DNA of 54,007 bases from Acidobacteriota bacterium (lineage in GTDB: Bacteria > Acidobacteriota > Vicinamibacteria > Vicinamibacterales > UBA2999). The notes below the pieces were generated by a model, which did no database searches, was not told the DNA's origin, and saw nothing but the letters and a program-made list of their open reading frames with translations. This document shows, piece after piece, positions 8,691 to 17,063 of the stretch. Where the stretch lies: contig JANNIB010000313.1 in assembly GCA_031404695.1 (NCBI GenBank), forward strand, positions 1 to 54,007, in the 5' to 3' direction. Within the stretch, counting starts at the first letter, position 1. Each line of letters begins with the position of its first letter. Position numbers and translations under genes: made by a program.

Positions 8691-8736
8691 GCCGGCCGGC
8701 ACGCGGTGGCGGTGTGCCTGCCGCGCGTCGGGGAGG

Positions 8737-8763
8737 TAATCGGAGCCCGGTCGCGGAGCTTTA
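8737..8763 (-). promoter_or_regulatory. sigma-28 (FliA)-type promoter of the flagellin gene
   Basis: The minus strand reads TAAA (8763-8760), a 15 nt spacer, then TCCGATTA (8744-8737). It lies about 80 nt upstream of the flagellin ATG. Confidence 0.65.
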
Positions 8764-8781
8764 ATGGGGGTGTCGGCGGGT

Positions 8782-8797
8782 TGGCATGAATCCGGCT
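8782..8797 (+). promoter_or_regulatory. possible sigma-54-type promoter for the first glycosylation operon
   Basis: TGGCAT-GAATC-CGGCT has correct GG/GC spacing, but the -12 element is CGGC rather than TTGC. It lies 26 nt upstream of the ATG at 8823. Confidence 0.3.
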
Positions 8798-8822
8798 CTG
8801 GAGCAGGCCGGAGACACGCGAC

Positions 8823-9434
8823 ATGGCCGATTGCCTGGTCAACGACATACCGGAAACACTGGATTTCCGGCCAGAAACATGGGGTGAGTTGCTCGACCGG
8901 CTCGATCGCCGGCTCGCTGGCGACCGCCGGGTGGTGACGGCCGTGCGATTCGATGGTGTCGACCAGCCGTCATTCCGGCACCCGGCCATCGCCGGGACCA
9001 GCCTTGGTCGGGTGGCCCGGGTCGAGGTGGAAGCGGAAGACGCCGTGGCGCTGCTGCTGGCCGCCGTGGACGCCGCCAGCGACAGCCTGCCGGATCTGGT
9101 GGCTGGTGTGAGCCAGACGGCGGTGGCGCTGCGCAGCGATGCGCCGGATGCCCACGGGCAGCTCGGCTCGCTGGTCACGGCGCTGCAGTCGCTCGTGGCC
9201 CTGACCGTGGCCGCAGGCACCGCGGCCGACATCTCGTTCGGCTCCGACCCGGGCGCCGATGCGGCGGTCACCGGCGCCTGCGCGCGCATCGAAACGGCCC
9301 TCTCGACCGTGGTCGCCGGCCAGACCGACGGCGACCGGCGCGCGGTGGCCGACGCACTCGACCAGCACCTGGCCCCAGCCGTCGCCGGCTGGACCGACGT
9401 ATTGACTCCCATTCGCATGAGGGCCGCAGCATGA
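8823..9434 (+). CDS. hypothetical protein (no recognisable domain), first gene of the glycosylation operon
   Basis: 203 aa ORF with coding-like G/C third positions. It has an ATGA overlap with the next gene and is divergent from the flagellin promoter. Confidence 0.6.
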   Translation: MADCLVNDIPETLDFRPETWGELLDRLDRRLAGDRRVVTAVRFDGVDQPSFRHPAIAGTSLGRVARVEVEAEDAVALLLAAVDAASDSLPDLVAGVSQTAVALRSDAPDAHGQLGSLVTALQSLVALTVAAGTAADISFGSDPGADAAVTGACARIETALSTVVAGQTDGDRRAVADALDQHLAPAVAGWTDVLTPIRMRAAA

Positions 9435-9940
9435 GCGTCTCGTATCAGCATCCCGCTCCGGGCATGAGCACGATCTTCTTCGGCGCCACCGGACTCCATC
9501 TGCGCTACCGCTGCGACACCATCGGTCACCGCATCGTCGTCACCGACGAATCAGGCTCGGTCGTGCGCGTGTTCGGCGGCTTCGGCCGCAAGGCCGGCGC
9601 GCTCGATTCGCCGCTCGACGTGGTGTTCGTGCGGCCGGAGTTTGCCGGCGAACACCTGCCGGTGGATTCGGCCGATGCCGTCTGGGTGGCCGTAGCCGAC
9701 TACGGCAACCGCCGCGTGCAGGTGTTCGACCTCGACGGCAGCGTCGTCGGCGAGTTCGCCATCGACGCGCCGGGCGGCGAGCCGTGGACGCCGACCGGTC
9801 TGTCGTGGCGGTCGCCGGTGCTCGAGATCGAAGGCATCGAAGGCGCACACACCGCCGTGCATCTGAGCGCGGCGCTGCTGGCCGGCGCCGGTCGCACGGC
9901 TTACGGACGCACGGCGCCGGGCAGAGAGGCGCGGCACTGA
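9431..9940 (+). CDS. small NHL-repeat-like protein (two to three blades only)
   Basis: HRIVVTDESGSVVRVFGGFGRKAGALDSPLDVVFV and VWVAVADYGNRRVQVFDLDGSVVGEF match the NHL repeat pattern (aD.gN.RvqvFd..G). Confidence 0.6.
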   Translation: MSVSYQHPAPGMSTIFFGATGLHLRYRCDTIGHRIVVTDESGSVVRVFGGFGRKAGALDSPLDVVFVRPEFAGEHLPVDSADAVWVAVADYGNRRVQVFDLDGSVVGEFAIDAPGGEPWTPTGLSWRSPVLEIEGIEGAHTAVHLSAALLAGAGRTAYGRTAPGREARH

Positions 9941-11106
9941 TGGCGCCGACCACCACGACCGCGGTGCGTTTTGCGCCGCCGGTCATCGGCCGCGGCGAGA
10001 TCGACGAGGTCGTCGCCGCGCTCGAGTCGGGCTGGCTCTCGACCGGACCGCGGGTGCGGCAGTTCGAGGCGGCGTTTGCCGCCTACACCGGCGCGCCGCA
10101 CGCGCTGGCGCTGAACTCGTGCACCGCGGCCCTGCATCTGGCGCTGCTCGCCTTCGAGATCGGGCCGGGCGATGAGGTGGTCACGACGCCGCTCACCTTC
10201 TGCGCGACGGCCAACGTCGCCATCCACGCCGGCGCGACGCCGCGCTTTGCCGACATCGATCCCGACACCTGGAACCTGTCGCCGGCCGCGGCGGCGGCGG
10301 TGGTGACCTCACGCACGCGGGCGGTCGTGCCGGTGCACTTCGGCGGGCGTCCGGTCGACGTGCCGGCTTTCCGCGCACTTGCCGATCGTCATCGCCTGGC
10401 GCTCATCGAAGACGCCGCGCACGCGGTCGAAGCGGTGTCGGGCGGACGCAAGATCGGCGTCACGGCCGACGTCACCTGTTTCAGCTTCTACGCCACCAAG
10501 AACCTGACGACCGGTGAAGGCGGCATGCTCACGACCGCCGCCGACGCCGTCGCCCGCTTCGCCCGTACGGCGTCGCAGCACGGCATCAGCCGCGACGGCT
10601 GGGCGCGCTACAAGGAGATGGGCAGCCCGCACTACGACGTCCTGTTCCCCGGCTTCAAATACAACATGATGGATCTGCAGGCTGCCATCGGCCTGCACCA
10701 GCTCGCTGGTCTTGCCGCGCGTACAGCGCGCCGCGAGGCGGTGTGGCGGATCTATGACGAGGGTCTGGCCGACCTGCCGCTCGGGCGGCCGGCGCCGGTG
10801 CCCGACGGCGACGTCCACGCAAGGCACCTCTACTCGGTGCTGGTCGGTCCGGCCGCGGGCACCACGCGCGACGATCTCATTGCGCACCTCGCGGCGCGCG
10901 GCATCGCGACCAGCGTGCATTTCCGGGCGCTGCACCTGCATCCGTACTACCAGCAGCGGTATGGCTTCACGCGCGGGATGTTCCCCGAGGCCGAACGCGT
11001 CTCCGACCGCATTCTCTCGCTGCCGTTTGGCGGCGGCATGAGCGACGACGAGGCCTGGACGGTCGTCGAGGCGCTACGGCGTGCAATTCCGGGACGGACG
11101 CGCTGA
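9940..11106 (+). CDS. DegT/DnrJ/EryC1-family PLP aminotransferase (PseC/SpsC/LegC-type nucleotide-sugar 4-aminotransferase)
   Basis: RFAPPVIGRGEIDEVVAALESGWLSTGPRVRQFE is family-typical, and FSFYATKNLTTGEGGM contains the PLP lysine. TGATG overlap with the previous gene. The track start at 9784 is an extension. Confidence 0.9.
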   Translation: MAPTTTTAVRFAPPVIGRGEIDEVVAALESGWLSTGPRVRQFEAAFAAYTGAPHALALNSCTAALHLALLAFEIGPGDEVVTTPLTFCATANVAIHAGATPRFADIDPDTWNLSPAAAAAVVTSRTRAVVPVHFGGRPVDVPAFRALADRHRLALIEDAAHAVEAVSGGRKIGVTADVTCFSFYATKNLTTGEGGMLTTAADAVARFARTASQHGISRDGWARYKEMGSPHYDVLFPGFKYNMMDLQAAIGLHQLAGLAARTARREAVWRIYDEGLADLPLGRPAPVPDGDVHARHLYSVLVGPAAGTTRDDLIAHLAARGIATSVHFRALHLHPYYQQRYGFTRGMFPEAERVSDRILSLPFGGGMSDDEAWTVVEALRRAIPGRTR

Positions 11107-12083
11107 TGCCGATTATCCGACACGTGGCGGTCGTCTTTCGCGTTGCGGCAGGCCCGCGCCTCGGCTTTGGCCATCTCGTGCGGTGTCGCGCCATCGCCCG
11201 GGCGCTCGGGGTCGAGCCCTGCGTGTCGATCCGGGGCACGGCGGCGACCCGCCGCGCCGGCCAGCGGCTGGGCCTGCGGGTCGTGACCGGCGGCCGCGGC
11301 GTGCTCGACCGGGAAGATCCACAGGTGCTCGTCGTGGACGACCCGTCGGCGGCGGCGGCCCGTCCCTGGGTGGCGGCGGCCCGACGGCGCGGCGTCGCGG
11401 TGGTCTCGGTTCACGACGCCGGCCTGGCGCCGCTCGACGTCGACCTGGTCGTCGATGGCAGCGTGCGCGCGCCCGGCCCCGCATCGAAGACGCGGCTCTG
11501 CGGTCCGCGCTACGCGGTGCTCGACCCGCGCCTGACCTCACTGGCGGCCGGCCGGCGTCCGGCCGCCGGGCGGGTCTTGGTCGCCGTGGGCGGCGGCGCC
11601 CATGTGTTCTCGCGCGTGCCCGCGGTCGTCGCCGAGCTGGCGCGCCAGGTGCCCGGGGCCGACATCTGCGTGGCGCCCGGCTTCACCACCCGTCGCCGTC
11701 CGGCCCTGTCGTCGGGCCGCTGGCTGGCACCCGGACAACTCGCGGCGGCTCTTGCAGACTCGCAGCTGGCGCTGGTCGCCGGCGGCATCACCGCCTATGA
11801 GGCGTGCGCGCTCGGCGTCCCGGTGGTGGCCGTGTCGGTGGTACCGGCGCAGCAGCCGACCGTGCGTGCGCTGGCCCGTCGCGGCGCCGTGGTGGACGGC
11901 GGGCCGCTCAGCGCGGCCGGCGCCGCACGAAGGGTCGCCGGTCAGCTGGCGCACCTGCTCGCCGCGCCGGCGGCCCGGCGCCGCCTGGCGGTCGCGGGGC
12001 GCCGGCTCGTCGATGGGCGCGGTGCCGCCCGCGTCGCCACCGCCATCCGCGTCCTGGCGCGGCAGGGAGGGGCCCGTGGCTGA
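11106..12083 (+). CDS. PseG/SpsG-like UDP-sugar hydrolase (GT28 C-terminal-like fold)
   Basis: The N-terminal VVFRVAAGPRLGFGHLVRCRAIARALG matches the G-x-GH-x2-R motif of the PseG/SpsG family. The C-terminal LALVAGGITAYEACALGVPVVAV is GT-B-like. Confidence 0.7.
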   Translation: MPIIRHVAVVFRVAAGPRLGFGHLVRCRAIARALGVEPCVSIRGTAATRRAGQRLGLRVVTGGRGVLDREDPQVLVVDDPSAAAARPWVAAARRRGVAVVSVHDAGLAPLDVDLVVDGSVRAPGPASKTRLCGPRYAVLDPRLTSLAAGRRPAAGRVLVAVGGGAHVFSRVPAVVAELARQVPGADICVAPGFTTRRRPALSSGRWLAPGQLAAALADSQLALVAGGITAYEACALGVPVVAVSVVPAQQPTVRALARRGAVVDGGPLSAAGAARRVAGQLAHLLAAPAARRRLAVAGRRLVDGRGAARVATAIRVLARQGGARG

Positions 12084-12774
12084 GACCCGCGCCATCCTGT
12101 TCGATCTCGACGACACGCTCCATCCGCTCACGCGTTTCGTGATGAGCGGCTTTGCCGCCGTCGCCGATGTGGTCGAGGCACAGTGGCGGGTGCCGCGCGC
12201 GACCGTGCTCGCGACGCTCGTCAGCGCGATGGAGTCGGCCCGCGGCCGTGAACTGCAGGTGCTCGCCGAACGCCACGGCCTGCCCGGCGACGTCGTGCCG
12301 CAGCTGGTGGACGTGATCCGCCAGCACCTGCCGGTGCTGCGCCTGCCTGATCTGAGCGCCGGCGTCCTGGTGGCCCTGCGCCCGCACTGGCGCATCGGCG
12401 TCGTCACCAACGGGCGGCCCGACATCCAAGCGCGCAAGGTGCAGGCGCTGGGGCTGCACCGCTTCGTGGACGCGGTCGTCTATGCGTCGGAATGGGGCAG
12501 CGGCGCGGGCAAGCCCGAACCAGCGTCGTTTCACGAGGCCTGCCGCCAGCTCGACGTGCCGGAAGCGCGCACCGTGTTCGTCGGCGACGACCCCGACTGC
12601 GATATCGCCGGCGCCCGCGGCGTCGGCATGAAGACCATCTGGCTGCCTGCCCGTGTCGCACCGCCCACGGCGCGTGCCGCGGAGCTGGCGGATGTGACCG
12701 TGGCGTCGCTGGCCGACGTGCCTGCGGCGGCCACTCGACTGCTCGTGCCCGAATGGAGGGCTCATGTTGCCTGA
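12076..12774 (+). CDS. HAD-superfamily hydrolase/phosphatase
   Basis: Motif I is ILFDLDDTL, motif II is VVTNG, and motif IV is FVGDDPDCDIAGARGVGM. A GTG start follows GGGAGGGG. The start is inferred. Confidence 0.75.
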   Translation: MAETRAILFDLDDTLHPLTRFVMSGFAAVADVVEAQWRVPRATVLATLVSAMESARGRELQVLAERHGLPGDVVPQLVDVIRQHLPVLRLPDLSAGVLVALRPHWRIGVVTNGRPDIQARKVQALGLHRFVDAVVYASEWGSGAGKPEPASFHEACRQLDVPEARTVFVGDDPDCDIAGARGVGMKTIWLPARVAPPTARAAELADVTVASLADVPAAATRLLVPEWRAHVA

Positions 12775-13840
12775 CGCCACCCAGGTGCGCATCGGCGGCC
12801 GCGTGGCCGGTGATGGCGCGCCGTTGTTCGTGATTGCCGAGATCGGCCTGAACCACGACGGCTCGATCGAGCGCGCGCTGGCGCTGGTGGATGCGGCGGC
12901 CGTGGCCGGCGCCTCCGCCGTGAAAGTACAGGCGCTTTTCGCCGACGAGCTGGTCGCGCCGGGTGCACCGGCGCCGATGCACGTCGAGGCCGCGTCGCTG
13001 GCCGACTTCTTTCGGCGCTTCGAACTGGACGAGGCCGGCTACGCCCGGCTGGCGGTGCGGGCCCGCGAGCGCGGCCTGGCCTTCATCGCCACCCCGTTCT
13101 CCGAGCGCGCGGTCGACATGCTGGAGCGCGTGGGCGTGGACGCCTGGAAGATCGCCAGCGGCGACATCACCTTCGAGCGCCTCATCGAGCGCTGCGGCGC
13201 GACTGGGAAGCCGGTCATCATCTCGACCGGCATGGCGTCGCTGCCCGAGGCGCAGCGCGCGCTCTTCTGGGCCGAGCGCGCCGGCGCCGGCGGGGTGGCG
13301 CTGCTGCACTGCGTGTCGGCGTATCCGGTGCCCAAGGGCAGCGAGAACCTGCGCGCCATCGCCACGCTCGGCATGGCCTGCCGGGCTGTCGTCGGCTTCT
13401 CGGATCACGGCGCCGACGGCTTCTCGGTGCCGCTGGCAGTGGCCATGGGCGCCGCCATCTACGAGCGCCACCTCGTGCTGCGGGCCGGCGACGACAGCAT
13501 CGACGCCGAGGTGTCGAGCACGCCGGGCGAACTGGCGGCCCTGGTACGCGCCGCGGCGCGGGCGCAGGCCGCGCTCGGCACCGGCGTCAAGGCCTGTCTT
13601 CCGGCAGAGAAGGGGAACAGTGATCCCAGCCGTCGCGCGCTCTACGCCCGGCGCCGGCTGCCGGCCGGTCACGTGGTCGCGGCCACCGACCTCATCGCCT
13701 TGCGACCGGCCTGCGGACTGGGCGCCGATCGCCAGCGCGAGCTGGTCGGGCAGCGGCTGGGCCGCAACGTCGATGCCGGCGCGCCGTTCCAGCCCTCCGA
13801 CCTGCACGCGCATGACAAGGGGACCGAACATGTCGCTTAA
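12764..13840 (+). CDS. NeuB-family nonulosonic acid synthase (PseI/LegI/SpsE-type) with C-terminal SAF domain
   Basis: PLFVIAEIGLNHDGSIERALALVDAAAVAGASAVKVQ, AWKIASGDITF and HCVSAYP are NeuB-family motifs. A SAF-like tail is present. Confidence 0.9.
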   Translation: MLPDATQVRIGGRVAGDGAPLFVIAEIGLNHDGSIERALALVDAAAVAGASAVKVQALFADELVAPGAPAPMHVEAASLADFFRRFELDEAGYARLAVRARERGLAFIATPFSERAVDMLERVGVDAWKIASGDITFERLIERCGATGKPVIISTGMASLPEAQRALFWAERAGAGGVALLHCVSAYPVPKGSENLRAIATLGMACRAVVGFSDHGADGFSVPLAVAMGAAIYERHLVLRAGDDSIDAEVSSTPGELAALVRAAARAQAALGTGVKACLPAEKGNSDPSRRALYARRRLPAGHVVAATDLIALRPACGLGADRQRELVGQRLGRNVDAGAPFQPSDLHAHDKGTEHVA

Positions 13841-14834
13841 CGTGCTCATCACGGCCGGCTCGCGGCGGGTGCCGCTGGTGCGCGCGTTTCAGCGGGCGGT
13901 GGCCCATCACCGCGGCGGCAGCGTCGTGGTCACCGACGTGAACCCGTTGTCGCCGGCCGTGCACGCCGCCAACCGCGCCTACCGGGTGCCGCTCTCCACC
14001 GCCCCCGACTACATCGACGCCATCCTCGAGATCTGCGTCGGCGAACGGATCGGGCTGGTGGTGCCGACCATCGACGACGAGCTGGTGATCTTCGGCCGTG
14101 CCGCCGGCCGCTTCCTCGAGCATGGCGTGCGGGTGGCAGTGTCGCCGGCGGCGACCTCCGAGCTGTGCGAGGACAAGTACGCGACCTGCCGGTATCTGAA
14201 TGCCCGCGGCATTCCGGCCGCCGACTCGTGGCTGCCATCGGCGCTGCCCGAGACCCCGGCGTTCCCGCTCTTCATCAAGCCGCGACGCGGCCGGGGCAGC
14301 GTCGGCGCCTACCCGGTGCGCACCCGGCGCGAACTCGACTTCTTCGTCGACTACGTGCCTGACGCGGTCGTCCAGGCCTACCTCGATGGCCCCGAGTTCA
14401 CCATCGACCTGCTCTGCGACTTCTCCGGCCAGCCGCTCAGCATCGTGCCGCGCCGCCGCGACGTGATCCGCGCCGGCGTGAGCGACCGCGGCCGCACCGT
14501 GAACGACCCGGCGCTCATCCAGGTGGCGCGCACCTGCGCGGCCACCCTGCAGTTTGCCGGCGCCGTGAACATCCAGTGCCGCCTCGTGGACGGACGGCCG
14601 GTGGTGTTCGAGATCAACCCGCGCTTCTCCGGCGGCATTCCGCTGACCATTCACGCCGGCGCCGATTTCCCGCGCATGCTGGTCGATCTCACCGCCGGCG
14701 TGCGCGTGGCGCCGTCGATCGGCCGCTTCCGAGACAACCTCTGGATGGCCAGCTACGAGACCTCGGTCTTCCTCGACGGCACCCGCATCACCCTCCCCGA
14801 ATTCGCCCCGACCTGTGTAGAGGACGTCGCATGA
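13830..14834 (+). CDS. ATP-grasp family ligase
   Basis: LFIKPRRGRGSVGAY...VQAYLDGPEFTIDLL...NIQCRLVDGRPVVFEINPRFSGG is an ATP-grasp signature. Confidence 0.8.
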   Translation: MSLNVLITAGSRRVPLVRAFQRAVAHHRGGSVVVTDVNPLSPAVHAANRAYRVPLSTAPDYIDAILEICVGERIGLVVPTIDDELVIFGRAAGRFLEHGVRVAVSPAATSELCEDKYATCRYLNARGIPAADSWLPSALPETPAFPLFIKPRRGRGSVGAYPVRTRRELDFFVDYVPDAVVQAYLDGPEFTIDLLCDFSGQPLSIVPRRRDVIRAGVSDRGRTVNDPALIQVARTCAATLQFAGAVNIQCRLVDGRPVVFEINPRFSGGIPLTIHAGADFPRMLVDLTAGVRVAPSIGRFRDNLWMASYETSVFLDGTRITLPEFAPTCVEDVA

Positions 14835-15550
14835 GTGCCCGCGCTGCCATCGTCGTTCAGGCCCGCATGGGCTCCACCCGTCTGCCCGGCAAGTCGCTGT
14901 CGCCGATCGCCGGCCGGACGCTGCTGGCGCGCGTGGTGGAGCGTCTGCTCCATCAGGGCGAGCTGCCGGTCGTGCTCGCGACCACCACCCTGCTCGAAGA
15001 CGACCTGCTCTGTGAGGAAGCCGAGCGGCTCGGCGTCGCGGTGCTGCGTGGCTCGGCTGACGACGTGCTGGGCCGCTACGCCTTCGCGGCGTCGCTGCTC
15101 GACGTGCCGGCCATCATCCGGGCGACCGCGGACAACCCGGCCATCGACCTCGCCGCCGCGGTGCGCACGCTCGACATCCTGCAACGCTCGGGGGCCGACT
15201 ACGTCGTCGACTACGGCCTGCCGGTGGGCGCCACAGTCGAGGCGATGAGCGTGGCCGCGCTCGTGCGCGCGGCGGCGCTGGCGACCGACGCCTACGACCG
15301 CGAACACGTGACGCCCTTCATCCGCCGCGACGGCCGTTCGCGGGCGGTGGACGCGCTGGCGCCGACCGACCTGCGCCGGCCCGACCTGCGCTTCACGGTC
15401 GATACGGCCGACGACCTCGACTACATGCGGCGCGTGTATCTCGAGGCCGGGCCGTCCGACCAGCCGTGGCCGCTGGCCGCGCTCATCGAGGCCGCGGACC
15501 GCGTGCGCGTGCGGACCGAGCTCGAACAGACAGGAGCGGATGCACGGTGA
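14831..15550 (+). CDS. SpsF/PseF-type cytidylyltransferase (CMP-nonulosonic acid synthetase candidate)
   Basis: AAIVVQARMGSTRLPGKSL is the SpsF-like cytidylyltransferase N-terminal motif. ATGA overlap with the ATP-grasp gene. Confidence 0.8.
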   Translation: MSARAAIVVQARMGSTRLPGKSLSPIAGRTLLARVVERLLHQGELPVVLATTTLLEDDLLCEEAERLGVAVLRGSADDVLGRYAFAASLLDVPAIIRATADNPAIDLAAAVRTLDILQRSGADYVVDYGLPVGATVEAMSVAALVRAAALATDAYDREHVTPFIRRDGRSRAVDALAPTDLRRPDLRFTVDTADDLDYMRRVYLEAGPSDQPWPLAALIEAADRVRVRTELEQTGADAR

Positions 15551-16377
15551 CCACCCCACGACGCGTCTCCGACGCCGCGTTCCTCTTCAGCGTGCCGCTG
15601 ATGGTGGCGCTGGTCGTGGGCGCCCAGTCGCTCGACGGCGGCACCATCAGCACGCTGCTGCAGCCGGCGGCGGCGCTGGTCGTCTTCGGCGGCACCGCGG
15701 CGGCGGTGCTCTTCAGCTTCCCGCTGGCGCTGCTGGCCCGCACCGGCCGGGCGCTGGCGGCGGCCTTCGGGCGCCGTCCGGAATCCGACACGGCGCTGCT
15801 GACGCGGATGGGCGAATACGCCACCCGCGCCCGGACCCGCGGCACCTTGTCGCTCGAGAACGAGCTGTCGCGCAGCGACGATCCGTTCCTCATCCGCGCC
15901 CTGTCGCTGGTCGTCGACGGAGTGCCGGCCGCCGACGTGCGCCATACGCTCAAGACCTTCAGCCAGGTGCGTGAGGAAGCCGACGCCGAGTGCGCGCTCG
16001 TGCTCGAGGCCGCCGGCGGCTACGCGCCGACGCTCGGCATCCTCGGCGCCGTGCTCGGCCTGATCCAGGCGATGGAGCACCTGACCTCGCCGGCCAGCGT
16101 GGGGCCCGGGATCGCCGTCGCGTTCGTGGCCACCGTCTACGGCGTCGGCGCCGCCAATCTCGTATTCCTGCCGCTGGCGACGCGGCTGCGCAGCCTCGGC
16201 CGGCAGGCGGCACTCAGCCGCGAAGTGGTCATCGAAGGCGCGGTGGCGATTCAGCAGGGCATCCATCCGACGCTGGTGGACGGCCACCTGCGCAGTCTGC
16301 TCACGGCCTGGCACGGCGCGCCGCGCTACGCCGTGCCCACGGAGGGCGGGACGCGGGCGCGTCTCGTGAAGTCATGA
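15547..16377 (+). CDS. motA: flagellar stator protein MotA/PomA-type (copy 1)
   Basis: Multi-TM protein. IAVAFVATVYGVGAANLVFLPLATRL is the MotA/TolQ/ExbB channel motif. It is paired with an OmpA-domain MotB. GTGA overlap with the cytidylyltransferase stop. Confidence 0.85.
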   Translation: MTTPRRVSDAAFLFSVPLMVALVVGAQSLDGGTISTLLQPAAALVVFGGTAAAVLFSFPLALLARTGRALAAAFGRRPESDTALLTRMGEYATRARTRGTLSLENELSRSDDPFLIRALSLVVDGVPAADVRHTLKTFSQVREEADAECALVLEAAGGYAPTLGILGAVLGLIQAMEHLTSPASVGPGIAVAFVATVYGVGAANLVFLPLATRLRSLGRQAALSREVVIEGAVAIQQGIHPTLVDGHLRSLLTAWHGAPRYAVPTEGGTRARLVKS

Positions 16378-17063
16378 ACATCCGGCTCTCAGCCACGCAG
16401 GTGTCGCGCGATCGGTGGCTCATCTCCTACGCCGACTTCATGACGCTGCTGGTGGCGTTCTTCGCGACGCTGTATGCCGCGTCGCTGACCGAGACCGCGG
16501 TGACGACCGCACCGGCTCCGACCGAGACCGCCGCGCCGGCTACCGCGCCGCCGGAGGCGCCACCGCCCCCTGATCCGGCCGTGGCCCTGCGGGCCGAGGT
16601 CGAACGTGCGCTGGCGCCGGAACTCGCCGCCGGTTACCTGCAGCTCATCGAAGATCCGCGCGGGCTCGTCATCGAAGTGCCCGAAGCCGGCGCCTTCGAC
16701 GTCGGGCAGGCGGACCTGGCGCCGGAGGCGGCCCAGATGCTGACCCGTGTGGCGACGATGCTGACGACGCTGCCCAACGCGGTGCGCATCGAAGGCCACT
16801 CCGACACCACCCCGATCCGCACCTCGCAGTACGCCTCGAACTGGGAGCTCTCGACCGCGCGGGCGACCTGCGTGGTCGAGTTCCTGGTGACGACCGCCGG
16901 CCTGGCGCCGTCGCGGCTCTCGGCCGCCGGCTACGCGGAGTTCAAGCCGCGCGCCGCCAACGACACGCCAGCCGGGCGGGCCCGCAATCGGCGCGTCGAT
17001 CTGGTGCTGCTGAACGAGCGGACGACGCGGGCCGAGGAACCCGCAGGGAGCGCCCGTCCATGA
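16374..17063 (+). CDS. motB: flagellar stator protein MotB-type (copy 1), OmpA-like C-terminal domain
   Basis: WLISYADFMTLLVAFF has the conserved TM Asp. VRIEGHSDTTPI...NWELSTARA...NRRVDLVLL is an OmpA/MotB peptidoglycan-binding domain. Confidence 0.85.
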   Translation: MNIRLSATQVSRDRWLISYADFMTLLVAFFATLYAASLTETAVTTAPAPTETAAPATAPPEAPPPPDPAVALRAEVERALAPELAAGYLQLIEDPRGLVIEVPEAGAFDVGQADLAPEAAQMLTRVATMLTTLPNAVRIEGHSDTTPIRTSQYASNWELSTARATCVVEFLVTTAGLAPSRLSAAGYAEFKPRAANDTPAGRARNRRVDLVLLNERTTRAEEPAGSARP

